Positions 1 to 11,068 of a stretch of DNA of 64,000 bases are shown here, piece after piece; position 1 is the first letter of the stretch; every line of letters starts with the position of its first letter. Made by a program: the position numbers and the translations under genes. This DNA is from an uncultured Candidatus Rokubacteria bacterium (GTDB taxonomy: Bacteria; Methylomirabilota; Methylomirabilia; Rokubacteriales; CSP1-6), in contig CAVXJS010000009.1 of NCBI GenBank assembly GCA_963762145.1, forward strand, positions 192,001-256,000, written 5' to 3'. The notes under the pieces were generated by a model. That model searched no databases, was not told where the DNA came from, and was given only the letters and a program-made list of their open reading frames with translations.

Positions 1-637
1 CAACCAGTTCCTGGTGGACGCCGAGCAGCCCCTGCTCTTCCACTGCGGCCAGCGGTCCCTGTTCCCGGCCGTCTCCCAGGCCGCCGCCCGCGTCATGGAC
101 CTGCGCCGGCTGCGCTGGATCGCCTTCAGCCACATCGAGGCCGACGAGTGCGGCGCCCTCGGCGAGTGGCTCGCCGCCGCCCCGGACGCCACCGTGACCC
201 ACGGCGCCATCGGCTGCGCGATCTGGCTCAACGACCAGGCGCCGCGCCCGCCTCGCGCGATGGCCGACAACGAGGTGCTCGACCTGGGCGGCCGCCGGGT
301 GCGGCGCCTCGACACCCCGCACGTGCCCCACTGCTGGGACGCGGGGCTGCTCTACGAGGAGACCACCGGCACGCTGTTCACCAGCGATCTGTTCACGCAC
401 GCCGGCAACCCGGCCGCGCGGACCGACGGCGACATCACGGGGCCCGCGATGGAGGCGGAGAAGCAGTTCGGCTACACCGCGCTCACGCCCTCCGCGGGGG
501 CCACCATCCGGCGGCTGGCCAAGCTCGAGCCGCGGACGCTCGCGGTGATGCACGGCTCGTCCTACTCGGGCGCGGGGGCGCCGGTGCTGGAGACGCTCGC
601 GGGCTTCTACGACGGGCTGCTGGAGAAGGCGCGCTAG
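1..637 (+). CDS. MBL-fold metallo-hydrolase, FprA/ODP-like (5' end outside window)
   Basis: SHIEADECG (HxExD), TPHVPHCWD and LFTSDLF motifs; frame is open from the window start; TAG at 635-637. Confidence 0.8.
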   Translation, partial: NQFLVDAEQPLLFHCGQRSLFPAVSQAAARVMDLRRLRWIAFSHIEADECGALGEWLAAAPDATVTHGAIGCAIWLNDQAPRPPRAMADNEVLDLGGRRVRRLDTPHVPHCWDAGLLYEETTGTLFTSDLFTHAGNPAARTDGDITGPAMEAEKQFGYTALTPSAGATIRRLAKLEPRTLAVMHGSSYSGAGAPVLETLAGFYDGLLEKAR

Positions 638-642
638 CCCCA

Positions 643-756
643 CTCACCTCTGGCCCCTCACCTCTGGCCCCTCACCCTGCCCTCTCCCCAGGGGGGAGAG
701 GGAGAGTCACGGTCTTCCCCCCTCTCCCCCCTGGGGAGAGGGCCGGGGTGAGGGGG
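643..756. repeat. BoxC/REP-like inverted pair, preceded by a 2x14-bp tandem repeat
   Basis: CCCTCACCCTGCCCTCTCCCCAGGGGGGAGAGGG ... CCCTCTCCCCCCTGGGGAGAGGGCCGGGGTGAGGGG at 668-756; CTCACCTCTGGCCC twice at 643-670. Confidence 0.85.
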
Positions 757-1756
757 CGTCGACGCGCACGCGCCGGCCGACCGGGAAGAAGCGCAAGCTC
801 CCATCGGTCGGCGACCATTCCCCACAAGCCCCTGCGGATACGCGAGCATCACGCCCACCGCGAGCGTGCCCAGCAGGATCATGTACCAGGCCCCGTAGTC
901 GGAGAGGTACTCGCGCACGAGGAAGAAGAGCGCGGTGCCGATCAGCGGGCCCTCGAGCGAGCCGAGCCCGCCGATCACCACGATGAAGATGGTGTAGGCC
1001 GTCCAGTTGATGCTGAAGCCGGCGTCCGGCGAGATGCGGAGCAGGTTCAGATAGATCAGCGCGCCGGTGACGCCGGTGCCGAACGCGACGCCGACGTAGA
1101 CCACGAGCTTGACGCGGAAGACGTCGACCCCGAGCGTCTCGGAGCCGTGCTCGCTGTCCCGGATGGCCATCAGCCCGAGCCCGTAGCGGGAGCGCAGGAA
1201 CGCGTAGACCGCGACGAGCGGCGCCCACGCCGATGGCCAGCGCCAGGAGATAGGTCGTCACCTCGCGGCTCTCGCGGGCCAGCGGGAAGACCGCCTTCAG
1301 CGTGCGGCCCGATCCGCGGCCGAGCGCGGCCGTGTTGGCGATGAGCAGGCGGTAGACTTCGGCGATGGCCCACGTGCCCACCGCGAAGTAGCCTCCGCGG
1401 AAGCGGAAGACGAGGGCGGCGGTGGGCAGCGCGAACGCGGCCGCCACCAGCCCCGCCAGCGGGACCGACGAGGAACGGGTTCACGCCGAGATCGTCGGCC
1501 AGCACGATCAGCGCATAGCCGCCGAGGCCGACGTAGGCCTGCTGCCCGATGGAGACGAGCCCGGCATACCCGGCGAGCAGGTTCCACATCTGGGCCAGCA
1601 CGAGCAGGGCGATGAACTCCACCAGGATCCGCATCGTGCTCGGAGTCGCCCCAGGCGGGCAGGCTGACGAGCGCGATCAGGACGAGCGCGGCGCCGACCG
1701 CGCCGACGCGGCTCGGCGGACGTGGTGCGCTCGATCCGGACGACCGCGGGCTCCAT
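707..1756 (-). CDS. livM: Branched-chain amino acid-type ABC permease (LivM-like), frameshifted
   Basis: Fragments WNLLAGYAGLVSIGQQAYVG, RFRGGYFAVGT and IVVIGGLGSLEGPLIG lie in ORFs 1170-1634, 707-1447 and 658-1170. Confidence 0.8.
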
Positions 1757-1765
1757 CGGCGCGGC

Positions 1766-2643
1766 TCACGCGATCCTCCGCCGCCTTGGTGAAGAGCCCC
1801 TGCGGGCGGAAGGAGCAGGACGGCCAGGAACACCAGGTGCCCGGTGAGGATCCCCCAGCCCGGCGACAGCTTGGCGCCCACCGTCTGGGCGATCGCCCAG
1901 CACCGCGCCGCCCACGAGCGTGCCCCAGAGCGAGCCCAGCCCGCCGATGATGACGGCCTCGAAGGCGAAGAGCAGCCGGTCGGGCCCGCTGCTGAACGTG
2001 AACGTGGTCCGGATGCCGAGGAACACGCCGGCGACCGCGACGATGCCGAGCGAGAGCGCCATGGCCAGGCGCGTAGAGCCGCCGGTTGTCGATGCCCATC
2101 AGCTCGGCCGTCTCCTGATCGTCGGAGGTGGCGCGGAAGGCGCGCCCCACCGACAGGCGGCTGATGACGAGCTGGAGCCCGACCAGGATCAGCACCGCCA
2201 CCGCCAGCGTGATGAACGGGAACCAGCCGATGGCGAGACCGCGCCCCGAGCGACAGGCTCGCGGTCTCGATGCCGCCGGGATTGAGCCGGCGCGAATCGG
2301 CGGAGAAGGTCTCGAGCAACGCGTTCTGGATGATGATGGAGAGCCCGAACGTCACCAGGATCGGCGGCAGGATGCCGCGGCCGAGCAGGCGGTTGAGGAC
2401 CAGCGTCTGGAGCGCGTAGCCGAGCGCGGCCATGAGCGGCACGACCAGGGCCAGGGCCACGAACGGGTTGAGCCCGAGCGTCTCCACGACGACGACCGCG
2501 AGGAATGCGGCCAGGATGCTGAGGTCGCCGTGGGCGAGGTTGACGATGCGCATGACGCCGAAGATGAGCGAGAGGCCGGTGGCGAAGAGCGCGTAGAGCC
2601 CGCCGAGCAGCAGTCCCTGGAGGATGGTGTCGACCCAGCCCAC
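1766..2643 (-). CDS. livH: Branched-chain amino acid-type ABC permease (LivH-like), frameshifted
   Basis: GLLLGGLYALFATGLSLIFGVMRIVNLAHGD and AVIIGGLGSLWG; 3' end approximate. Confidence 0.8.
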
Positions 2644-2645
2644 GG

Positions 2646-3350
<705 letters not shown>

Positions 3351-3354
<4 letters not shown>

Positions 3355-4077
3355 TGCACGTCGATCCCCAGGTAGACGCGCTGCACCTCCGCGCTCGCCA
3401 TCACCTCGTCGGGCGCGCCGTCCATCAGCAGCCGCCCGGCGCTGATGACCGCGAGCCGGCTCACCACCGAGCGCAGCGCGTGCACGATGTGCTCGATCCA
3501 GATGATGGCCACGCCCGCGCCGTGCACGCGCCGGATCACCTCGACGAGCTCGTGCACCTCGTGCTCGCTGAGGCCGCCCGCGATCTCGTCGAGCAGCAGC
3601 ACGCGCGGTCCGGTGGCCAGCGCGCGCGCCAGCTCCAGGCGCTTGCGCTCGAGCAGGGTCAGCGCGCCCGCCCGGGTGTTGGCCTTGGCCGCGAGTCCGG
3701 CCAGCTCGAGCGCGGCCATGGACGGGCCGTAGGCCGCGCGCTCGGACGTGCCCGCCCCGAACACGCCGCCCACCAGCACGTTCTCGAACACGGTGAGCGC
3801 GTCGAACGGATGCGGGATCTGATGCGTGAGCGCGATGCCGGCGCGGCACCGCGCGTGCGGCGGGGCGCTCGTGACGTCGCGCCCCGCGAAGACGACCGCG
3901 CCCGCGCTCGGGGCGCAGGCGCCCGATCATCAGGTTGAGCGCCGTGGTCTTGCCGGCGCCGTTCGGCCCGATGACGCCGAGCGCCTCGCGCTCGCCCACC
4001 GCGAGCGTCAGCTCGTCGATGACCCGGAGCGACCCGAACCCCTTGGAGACGTTCTGCAGCGCGAGCAGCGCGGCCAT
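3351..4077 (-). CDS. livG: ABC ATP-binding protein (LivG-like), frameshifted
   Basis: GPNGAGKTT, LELARALA, LLLDE and IEH. Confidence 0.85.
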
Positions 4078-4119
4078 CAGGGCCGGCCGGGACGGCGCCC
4101 GTCAGCCGCCCGCGGGCGC

Positions 4120-5419
4120 TCACGCCTGGCCGATGGGCCGGAGCTTCCCGGAGGCCGGGATGTTCGGCGCCGTCTTGTTGCTGACGACCACCATGTCGAA
4201 TCGGAACTCCTTGCCGCGCACCCACTGCCCGCCGACCAGCGGCGTCTTGGTGACGTTGGGCACCGGCCCCTTGCCCCAGCTGATCGGGCCCACCACCGTG
4301 TTGAGGTTGGTGGCCTTGATGGCGGCGACCACCGCGTTCTTGTCGTCCGCGGACGGGGCCCGCTTGAGCACGTCCACCGCGACCTCGAAGAGCGCGTGGG
4401 TGAAGCCGAGCGGCTGCGTCCACTGCTTCTTCGTGTCCTTGGTGTAGGCGGCGGCCAGCTCGGCGGCGCTCGCCCCGGTGAGCGAGGACTTGAACGGATG
4501 CCGCGGCGTCCACCACACCTCGGTGGACATGCCGTCGCCCAGGTCGCCGAGCGCCTCGACCGAGCGCGGGAAGAGCAGCGCCTTGCCGACCGAGGCGATC
4601 TTCGGCTTGAACCCCTGCTGGGCCGCCTGCTTCCAGAACGTCGTCCAGTCCGGCGGGATGGGCACGCCGGTCACGATCTCGACCTTCTCCTTCTTGAAGG
4701 CGGAGATCTGGGCGGAGAAGTCGTCGGAGAGATTCGGATACCGTCCGGGATCGACGAGCTTGTAGCCGGCCTTGCGCCAGCGCGGGCGGGAAGCCCCGCT
4801 GCGGGTCGCCCCACGCGTTGCCGTCGCCGTCGTTCGGCCAGAGCGCGCCGACGACCTTGTTGGTCGGCAGCGTGTTCCACATGTCCACGAAGACGCCGAT
4901 GATGTCCTCGAGGCCCCAGAAGAAGTGGTACGTGGACTTGAAGCCGGTCTCGGGCTTGCCGCCGCGGCCGAAGAACCACGGCTGCCACGGGCAGACGCTC
5001 GAGATGCAGGGCGTGCCGTTGGCCTCGCACTGGTCGGACACGGGATTCGTCGTCTCCGGCGTGCTCGACACCAGCATGAGGTCGACCTTGTCCGACAGGA
5101 TGAGGCGCGAGGCGACCTCGGCGGCGCGATTCGGGTCGGACTGGCTGTCGCGCACGAGCACGTCGACCGGAACGCTCTGCCCCCGGATGGTCAGCCCGCT
5201 CCCGACCACCTGGCGGATGCCGCCGACCACGAAGTTGTCGGTCTCGCCGAAGCCGGCCAGCGGGCCGGTCTGCGGGCTCACGTAGCCGATCTTGAGCGTC
5301 CGCGTGCCGCGCTGGGCCGCCGCCCGACCCGGCCGGATGCCGTGGAGCGCGAGGGCCGCGGCGGAGCCGCCGGCCACCCGCAGGAACTCACGCCGACCGC
5401 TCCGCCTGATCTCGGACAT
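4120..5419 (-). CDS. Tat-exported ABC substrate-binding protein, Leu/Ile/Val-binding superfamily, frameshift near 4775
   Basis: Twin-arginine signal SGRREFLR; LKIGYVSPQTGPLAGFG; RDSQSDPNRA. Confidence 0.85.
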
Positions 5420-5441
5420 CGTCGTCCTCCTGCCGTCGGGC

Positions 5442-6430
5442 CTAGAACTGCACGGGGGCCGGCGGCATCTTGCCGCTGGCGTAGAGCGCCGGGAGCTCCG
5501 GCGAGGCGTTCTCCCACACGAGCAGCATCGAGCGCTTGGGCGAGAAGCCGCGGTGCCGGATGTCGGCGGGCATGGCGGCCACGTCGCCGGCCTTCATGGT
5601 GACGCGGGCCCGGACCGCGCCGGTGTCCCGGTCCTCCACTTCCCACTGGATCTCGTCACAGAGCTGCACGAACCACTCCACGCGGTCGTTGCCGTGGATG
5701 ATCGGCAGGATGTACTCCTCGGTGGTCGGGCAATAGAGGCTGTTCTTGCACACCGAGACCACCGAGGGGTTCCACGTCACGTCGGAGCGCGAGAGATAGG
5801 CGAAGAGGTTCACCGAGACGACCTCGTGCTCGAAGCCCGGCTCCGCGTGCACCTCGGGCGCGTCCTGCGGCACGTCGGTGAACTGGCGGTTGATCGGGAA
5901 GCCGTTGTCGTCGGTGCGGATCGGCTCGTCGCCGGGCGCGCCGATCATGCGCTTGGCGGTCACCCGGTGCCGCGTGATCGCCCGCTTGTTGCTCCCGTTC
6001 TTGGGCCCGAAGGCGCTGCCCGTCTCCGCCGGGGACGCGAAGGGATCGAACGTGGCGTTCGTCCAGTCGGCCAGGATCGCCTCGAAGAGGCGGCTGATCG
6101 CGTCGGTCTTGAAGTTCTCCGAGTAGTCGAGCCCGGCCTGCCGGTACTGGGCGTTGAAGCGGCCCGCGAAGAGATCCACGGTGCCGTAGTGGTTCACGGT
6201 CCCGATCACGGTGTCGAAGTTGACGATGCCGTAGAAGAAGCCCCACGCCACGTCGCGCTGGATCGCGCGGAGGAAGGCGTCGGCCGCGAGCATGTGGGTG
6301 CCGTTGGGCCAGCGGACGTGCACGAAGTACTCGTCGCGGCTGAACGAGAACTTGCCCAGCGTGAAGTCCTGGTAGCCGATACTGATTGGGCTCGATGCTG
6401 CCCGAGCTCGGGAAGCGTGTCGGTCGTCAT
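5442..6430 (-). CDS. hqdB: Hydroquinone 1,2-dioxygenase large subunit (PnpD/HqdB/HapD family)
   Basis: FLRAIQRDVAWGFFYG, WNPSVVSVC..SLYCPTTEE; cupin Fe ligands HGNDRVE and IRH; GGAGGA RBS; N-terminal indel near 6385. Confidence 0.85.
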
Positions 6431-6448
6431 GGCGTCATCCTCCTCCGC

Positions 6449-6967
6449 TCAGGCCTGGGGCCGCGGCGTGGTCTGGCAGATCTCGGCCCAGCGCTCCACC
6501 GTGTCGCGGCCGGCCAGGGTCTGCAGCAGGATCACGCTCGGGCTGCGCCGCGTGGAACTGGTAGGCCGCGCCGGCGGGCAGCAGCGTCATGTGCCCGCGC
6601 CGGGCGCGCACGCGGCCCATCTTCCTGCCGGCCGGGTCGCCGGCCAGCGGAATCGAGCCCTGGCTGCCCGGCGGCACCAGCGACGGATCGTCGGGCTTGA
6701 CCAGGCGGACCTCGACCTCGCCGTCCATCACGAGCGCGAACTCGTCCTGCGCGGCCACCCGCCATCCGGACGTGCCCTCGGCTCGGATGGCCTCGATCAC
6801 GTATTCGATGTTCTTGCCGACCGCGACCTTCTCGTAGGGCTTGGCCTTCGAGGCGACCTCGAACACGTTGGAGAAGACGTAGTTCCGGGGGTCGTCCTTG
6901 ATGACCTCGACGCCGCCCTTCTCAAAGTGCTGCGAGCGAGCCGAAGCGGGTGCGGCTGTGGCGCCAT
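6449..6967 (-). CDS. hqdA: Hydroquinone 1,2-dioxygenase small subunit (PnpC/HqdA/HapC family), with indels
   Basis: TRFGSL..FEKGGVEVI..YVFSNVFEVA..PYEKVAVGKN.EYVIE..RAEG..QDEFALVMDGEV; AAGGAG RBS 7 nt before the ATG at 6967. Confidence 0.8.
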
Positions 6968-7440
6968 TGCCGTTCTCCTTTTCGCGACGCTCCCGGAGTC
7001 CGCGGCCGAGCCGCCGGCAGAGCCGGCCCAGCTCCGCCTGCTCCGCCAGGGAGAGCGCGCGCATCTCGCGCACGACGTGTTGCGCGTGGCGTGGGAAGAT
7101 CTCGCCGATCAGCCGGCGGCCCTTGTCGGTGAGCGTGACGGTGACGAACCGGCGGTCGTCGGGCCGCCGCGTCCGGCGCACGAGCCCCCGCCGGGCGAGA
7201 TTGCCGACCACGACGGTGGTGTTGCCGCCGCTGCGCAGGAGCTTCCGCCCGAGATCGCGCTGGCAGAGGGGACCCAGGTGCAGGAGGGCCTCCAGGGCGC
7301 CGAACTGGCCGACGGTCAGGTCGGCCGCCCGCATCAGCGGGCTCGAGGCGGGCCGTCACCGACTCGGCGGCGCGCATGAGCTTGATGTAGGCGTCGAGCG
7401 CCGCCTTCTCCTCCGCGCTGCCGCGGTAGTGGGTCGCCAT
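6922..7440 (-). CDS. MarR-family regulator, MhqR-like, with an indel near 7340
   Basis: LTVGQFGALEALLHLGPLCQRDLGRKLLRSGGNTTVVVGNL..DRR...LTDKG; stop position inferred after indel correction. Confidence 0.8.
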   Translation of the reverse strand: MATHYRGSAEEKAALDAYIKLMRAAESVTARLEPADAGGRPDRRPVRRPGGPPAPGSPLPARSRAEAPAQRRQHHRRGRQSRPAGARAPDAAARRPPVRHRHAHRQGPPADRRDLPTPRATRRARDARALPGGAGGAGPALPAARPRTPGASRKGERQWRHSRTRFGSLAAL

Positions 7441-7441
7441 A

Positions 7442-7492
7442 GTTTCAACTTGAACCGTTGTCTTACTAACGCCGCGCGCCCGGCCTTGTCAA
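7442..7492 (-). promoter_or_regulatory. Sigma-70-type promoter plus palindromic operator of the marR-hqd-liv operon
   Basis: Perfect TTGACA on the minus strand (7487-7492); weak -10; TTCAA-C-TTGAA inverted repeat (7444-7454) abutting the ATG. Confidence 0.6.
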
Positions 7493-7505
7493 GGGCCCCC
7501 GCGCT

Positions 7506-7591
7506 CCCTCACCCTGCCCTCTCCCCAGAGGGGAGAGGGAGAATCGCGCTCGTCACCCTCTCCCCGCTGGGGAGAGGGCCGGGGTGAGGGG
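7506..7591. repeat. BoxC/REP-like inverted pair
   Basis: CCCTCACCCTGCCCTCTCCCCAGAGGGGAGAGGG ... CCCTCTCCCCGCTGGGGAGAGGGCCGGGGTGAGGGG. Confidence 0.85.
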
Positions 7592-8452
7592 CTACGCCTC
7601 CACCGCGAAGCGCCACGCGTCGCGGTGGCTCACGATGCGGCCCGCGGTCGGGTGGTGGAAATGCGTGCCCAGCACGGTCACGGGCCGATCGCCGTAGCGG
7701 GCGCAGAAGGCGCGCCGGGTCTGCTGCGCGGCGGCGGGGTCGGTGTCGAAGGTGGTCTGCCAGGTGGGCTCCGCGATCTGGACCGGGTGGTGCATGAGGT
7801 CGCCGGTGATGACCGCGTCCGCGCCGCCCGAGGCGAGGCGCACGCTGACGTGCCCGGGCGTGTGGCCGGGGGTCGGCTCGAGCCGGATCTCGTCGGTGAC
7901 CTGGTGGTCCATGTCCACGAGCTCGGCGAGGCCCGCGTCGAGCACCGGGGCGACGCTGTCGCCCATGATGCGCTGCGTGCCCTCCTCGTTCTCGCCGGTC
8001 CAGTGCTCCCACTCGCGCCGCGCGAAGAGGTAGCGCGCGCGGGGGAAGGTCGGAACCCACCGCCCGTTGTCGAGGCGCGTGTTCCAGCCGACGTGATCCA
8101 CGTGCAGGTGCGTGCAGATCACCACGTCGACCGCCTCGGGCGCGACGCCGGCCGCCTTCAGCGTGTCGAGGAAGCCGGTGCGCAGCATGTGGAAGGGCCG
8201 GCGGCCGCCCCGGTCCTTGTCGTTGCCGATACAGGTGTCCACCAGCAGCGTGAGATCGGGCGTCTTCACCACGAAGGTGTGCACGCTCTGGAGCAGCCGG
8301 CCCTCCGCGTCGAGGAAGTGCGGGGCGAGCCAGTCGCGGTGACGATCCAGCGCCTCCGGGGTCGCGCCGGGGAAGAGCCACGTGGCCCGTGTGGGGCCCG
8401 CGGTCTCGACGACCGCGCCGACGCGGAGACGGCCGACCGTGATGTCGCGCAT
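7592..8452 (-). CDS. MBL-fold metallo-hydrolase
   Basis: THLHVDHVGWN, PTPGHTPGH, GDLMHH. Confidence 0.9.
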   Translation of the reverse strand: MRDITVGRLRVGAVVETAGPTRATWLFPGATPEALDRHRDWLAPHFLDAEGRLLQSVHTFVVKTPDLTLLVDTCIGNDKDRGGRRPFHMLRTGFLDTLKAAGVAPEAVDVVICTHLHVDHVGWNTRLDNGRWVPTFPRARYLFARREWEHWTGENEEGTQRIMGDSVAPVLDAGLAELVDMDHQVTDEIRLEPTPGHTPGHVSVRLASGGADAVITGDLMHHPVQIAEPTWQTTFDTDPAAAQQTRRAFCARYGDRPVTVLGTHFHHPTAGRIVSHRDAWRFAVEA

Positions 8453-8566
8453 CGCGCGCGGATTGTATCACCGGGGACAGCCCTGCCGGGGGGAGAGCCT
8501 GCCGGGGACCCGCCCGATCGTGTATACTCCGGCCCGCATCGCCTCTCACACCCGGAGCGAGCCACG

Positions 8567-8986
8567 ATGGCCACGACGAGCCTCGACCGCGCGACGCTGC
8601 GCGAGCTGACGATCCGCTTCACCGACGCGTTCAACCGCGACGACCTCCCCGGCGTGCTGGCGATGATGGCCGAGGACGCGGTGTACGAGGAGTTCAGCGG
8701 CACCGTGAGCCGCGGCCGGGCGGCGATCCGGACCGCCTTCGAGCCCCAGTTCCGGGGCGACTTCGGCAAGATCCGCTTCGAGACCGAGGACCTCTTCGTG
8801 GACGAGAGCGCCGGACGCGCGCTCATTCGATGGGTCTGCCGGCTCGAGACCCGGCGCGGGCCGGCGGCCTGGCGGGGCCTCGACATCCTCCACTTCGACC
8901 ACGGCCTGGTGACGCGGAAGCTGACCTACGCGAAGGCGAAGGTGCCGCTCCTGGGCGAGACGCCGCACCACGGCGGGAAGGCCTGA
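8567..8986 (+). CDS. SnoaL/NTF2-like protein
   Basis: RFTDAFNRDD..MAEDAVY..GRAAIR..WRGLDILHF; GGAG RBS. Confidence 0.8.
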   Translation: MATTSLDRATLRELTIRFTDAFNRDDLPGVLAMMAEDAVYEEFSGTVSRGRAAIRTAFEPQFRGDFGKIRFETEDLFVDESAGRALIRWVCRLETRRGPAAWRGLDILHFDHGLVTRKLTYAKAKVPLLGETPHHGGKA

Positions 8987-8990
8987 CGCG

Positions 8991-9815
8991 ATGGGACAGC
9001 TCGACGGCAAGGTGGCGATCGTCACGGGATCGGGGCGCGGCATCGGCCAGCAGGTCGCCCTGCGGCTGGCGCGCGACGGCGCGGCGGTGGTGGTCAACGA
9101 TCTCGACGACGCGCCCGCCAAGGAGACGATCGGCCTCATCGAGAAGATGGGCGGGCGCGCGGTCGCCTGCAACGGCGACGTGACCGCGAAGGACTTCGGC
9201 GACCGGATCGTGGACGTCGCGGTCAAGCAGCTCGGCGGTCTCCACGTCGTCGTGAACAACGCGGGCTACACGTGGGACAACGTCATCCAGAAGATGACCG
9301 ACGAGCAGTGGTACGCGATCATGGACGTCCACGTGACCGCGCCCTTCCGCATCCTGCGCGCCTTCGCGCCGTACCTCCGCTCCCAGTACGAAGCCGAGGC
9401 CAAGCGGGGCGAGCGGATCGTGAGGAAGGTCGTCCAGGTCTCCTCCACCTCCGGCGTGCGCGGCAACGCGGGCCAGGTCAACTACTCCTCCGCGAAGGCG
9501 GCGGTGACCGGCATGACCCGCACCCTCGCCAAGGAGTGGGGCCGTTACGCGGTCACCGTGAACTGCGTGGCCTTCGGCTACGTGCAGACGCGGCTGACCA
9601 AGCCGCTCGCCGAGGGCGAGGCCGGGACGATCGAGGTCGCCGGCCGCCAGGTGAAGGTCGGCGTGCAGGGCGCGCGCATCGCGGCCATGAACCAGATGAT
9701 CCCGCTCGGCCGCGGCGGCCTGCCCGAGGAAGCGGCGGGCGCGATCTATCTCTTCTGCAGCCCGGACAGCGACTTCGTCAGCGGCCAGACGCTCGTCGTC
9801 ACCGGCGGCGCCTAG
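8991..9815 (+). CDS. Short-chain dehydrogenase/reductase (FabG-like)
   Basis: TGSGRGIG, NNAG, YSSAK. Confidence 0.9.
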   Translation: MGQLDGKVAIVTGSGRGIGQQVALRLARDGAAVVVNDLDDAPAKETIGLIEKMGGRAVACNGDVTAKDFGDRIVDVAVKQLGGLHVVVNNAGYTWDNVIQKMTDEQWYAIMDVHVTAPFRILRAFAPYLRSQYEAEAKRGERIVRKVVQVSSTSGVRGNAGQVNYSSAKAAVTGMTRTLAKEWGRYAVTVNCVAFGYVQTRLTKPLAEGEAGTIEVAGRQVKVGVQGARIAAMNQMIPLGRGGLPEEAAGAIYLFCSPDSDFVSGQTLVVTGGA

Positions 9816-9829
9816 CCCGGAGGTCGCCC

Positions 9830-11026
9830 GTGTCCGGTCCGCTCAGCGGCGTGCGTGTCGTGGACTGCACGACGGTGGTGCTCGGCCCCTGGGCGGCCCA
9901 GCAGCTCGGCGACCTGGGCGCCGACGTGATCAAGGTCGAGCCGCCCGAGGGCGACACCACGCGCCAGCTCGGCCCCATGAAGAACCCGGGCATGGGCGCC
10001 TTCTACCTGGCGGTCAACCGCAACAAGCGCTCGATCGTGCTCGACCTCAAGCAGGAGGCCGCCCGCCGCGTGCTGCTCCGCCTGGCCGGCAACGCCGACG
10101 TGCTGCTGCACAACTACCGCCCGCAGGCCGCGCGGCGGCTCGGCATGTCCTACGAGGTCTTCCGAGCGGCCAACCCGGGCCTGGTCTACGTCGGCACCTA
10201 CGGCTTCCGCGCCTCGGGTCCCTACGGCGACAAGCCCGCCTACGACGACATCATCCAGGCCGCGTCCGGGGTCGCGTCGCTCCAGGCCTCGATCATGGGC
10301 GAGCCGCGCTACGTGCCGACGATCGTGGCGGACAAGTCGAGCTCGATGACGGTGCTGGCCGCGGTGCTCGCCGCGCTCTACCACAAGGCGCGCACCGGCG
10401 AGGGCCAGGAGGTCGAGGTGCCGATGTTCGAGTCGATGGCCGCGTGGGTGATGGTGGAGCACCTCTACGGGGAGACGTTCGTGCCGCCCGCCGACACCAT
10501 CGGCTACAAGCGGATCCTGAATCCGAACCGGCGCCCGTTCAAGACCAAGGACGGCTACCTCGCGATCCTCCCCTACACCGACCAGAACTGGCGGGACTTC
10601 TTCACGCTCACCGGCCGCCAGGACCTGCTCGACGATCCGCGCTACAAGACGCTCGGCACGCGGCTGCGCCACATCGAGGGCCTCTACGCCGAGGTCGGCA
10701 AGCTCGCGCTGACCCGCACCAACGCCGAGTGGCTCACCGAGCTCGACCGGCGGAATATCCCGGCGATGAGCGTCAACACGCTGGAGTCGCTGCTGCACGA
10801 CCCGCACCTCGAGGCGGTCGGCTTCTGGCAGATGGTGGACCACCCGACCGAGGGCCCGCTGCGTCTGCCCGGCCTGCCCGCCACCTACGGCAAGACGCCG
10901 GGCGCGATCCGCCGGCTGCCCCCGCGCCTGGGCGAGCACAGCGAGGAGATCCTGCGCGAGGCGGGCCTGCCAGCCGACGAGATCACCGCGCTCCTGTCCT
11001 GCGGCGCCACGCGCACCCCCAAGTAA
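9830..11026 (+). CDS. Family III CoA transferase (CaiB/BaiF)
   Basis: GPLSGVRVVD..LGDLGADVIKVEPPEGD..NRNKRS..PAYDDIIQA; GTG start after GGAGG. Confidence 0.9.
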   Translation: MSGPLSGVRVVDCTTVVLGPWAAQQLGDLGADVIKVEPPEGDTTRQLGPMKNPGMGAFYLAVNRNKRSIVLDLKQEAARRVLLRLAGNADVLLHNYRPQAARRLGMSYEVFRAANPGLVYVGTYGFRASGPYGDKPAYDDIIQAASGVASLQASIMGEPRYVPTIVADKSSSMTVLAAVLAALYHKARTGEGQEVEVPMFESMAAWVMVEHLYGETFVPPADTIGYKRILNPNRRPFKTKDGYLAILPYTDQNWRDFFTLTGRQDLLDDPRYKTLGTRLRHIEGLYAEVGKLALTRTNAEWLTELDRRNIPAMSVNTLESLLHDPHLEAVGFWQMVDHPTEGPLRLPGLPATYGKTPGAIRRLPPRLGEHSEEILREAGLPADEITALLSCGATRTPK

Positions 11027-11061
11027 CCCTCTCCCCTTTGGGGAGAGGGCAGGGTGAGGGG
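11027..11061. repeat. BoxC/REP-like single unit
   Basis: CCCTCTCCCCTTTGGGGAGAGGGCAGGGTGAGGGG immediately after the TAA, between convergent genes. Confidence 0.85.
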
Positions 11062-11068
11062 AAGCAGG

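Noticed and set aside
643-756. CRISPR-like array from the short tandem and palindromic repeats
   Set aside because: No regular repeat-spacer periodicity and no cas genes.
6435-7334. Apparent MarR-HqdA fusion ORF of 299 aa
   Set aside because: hqdA has its own AAGGAG RBS and ATG at 6967, and its conserved TRFGSL lies in another frame. The read-through is best explained by local indel errors.
8473-8512. Short CCTGCCGGGG repeats in the divergent promoter gap
   Set aside because: Two or three short GC-rich copies are within chance expectation at this base composition.
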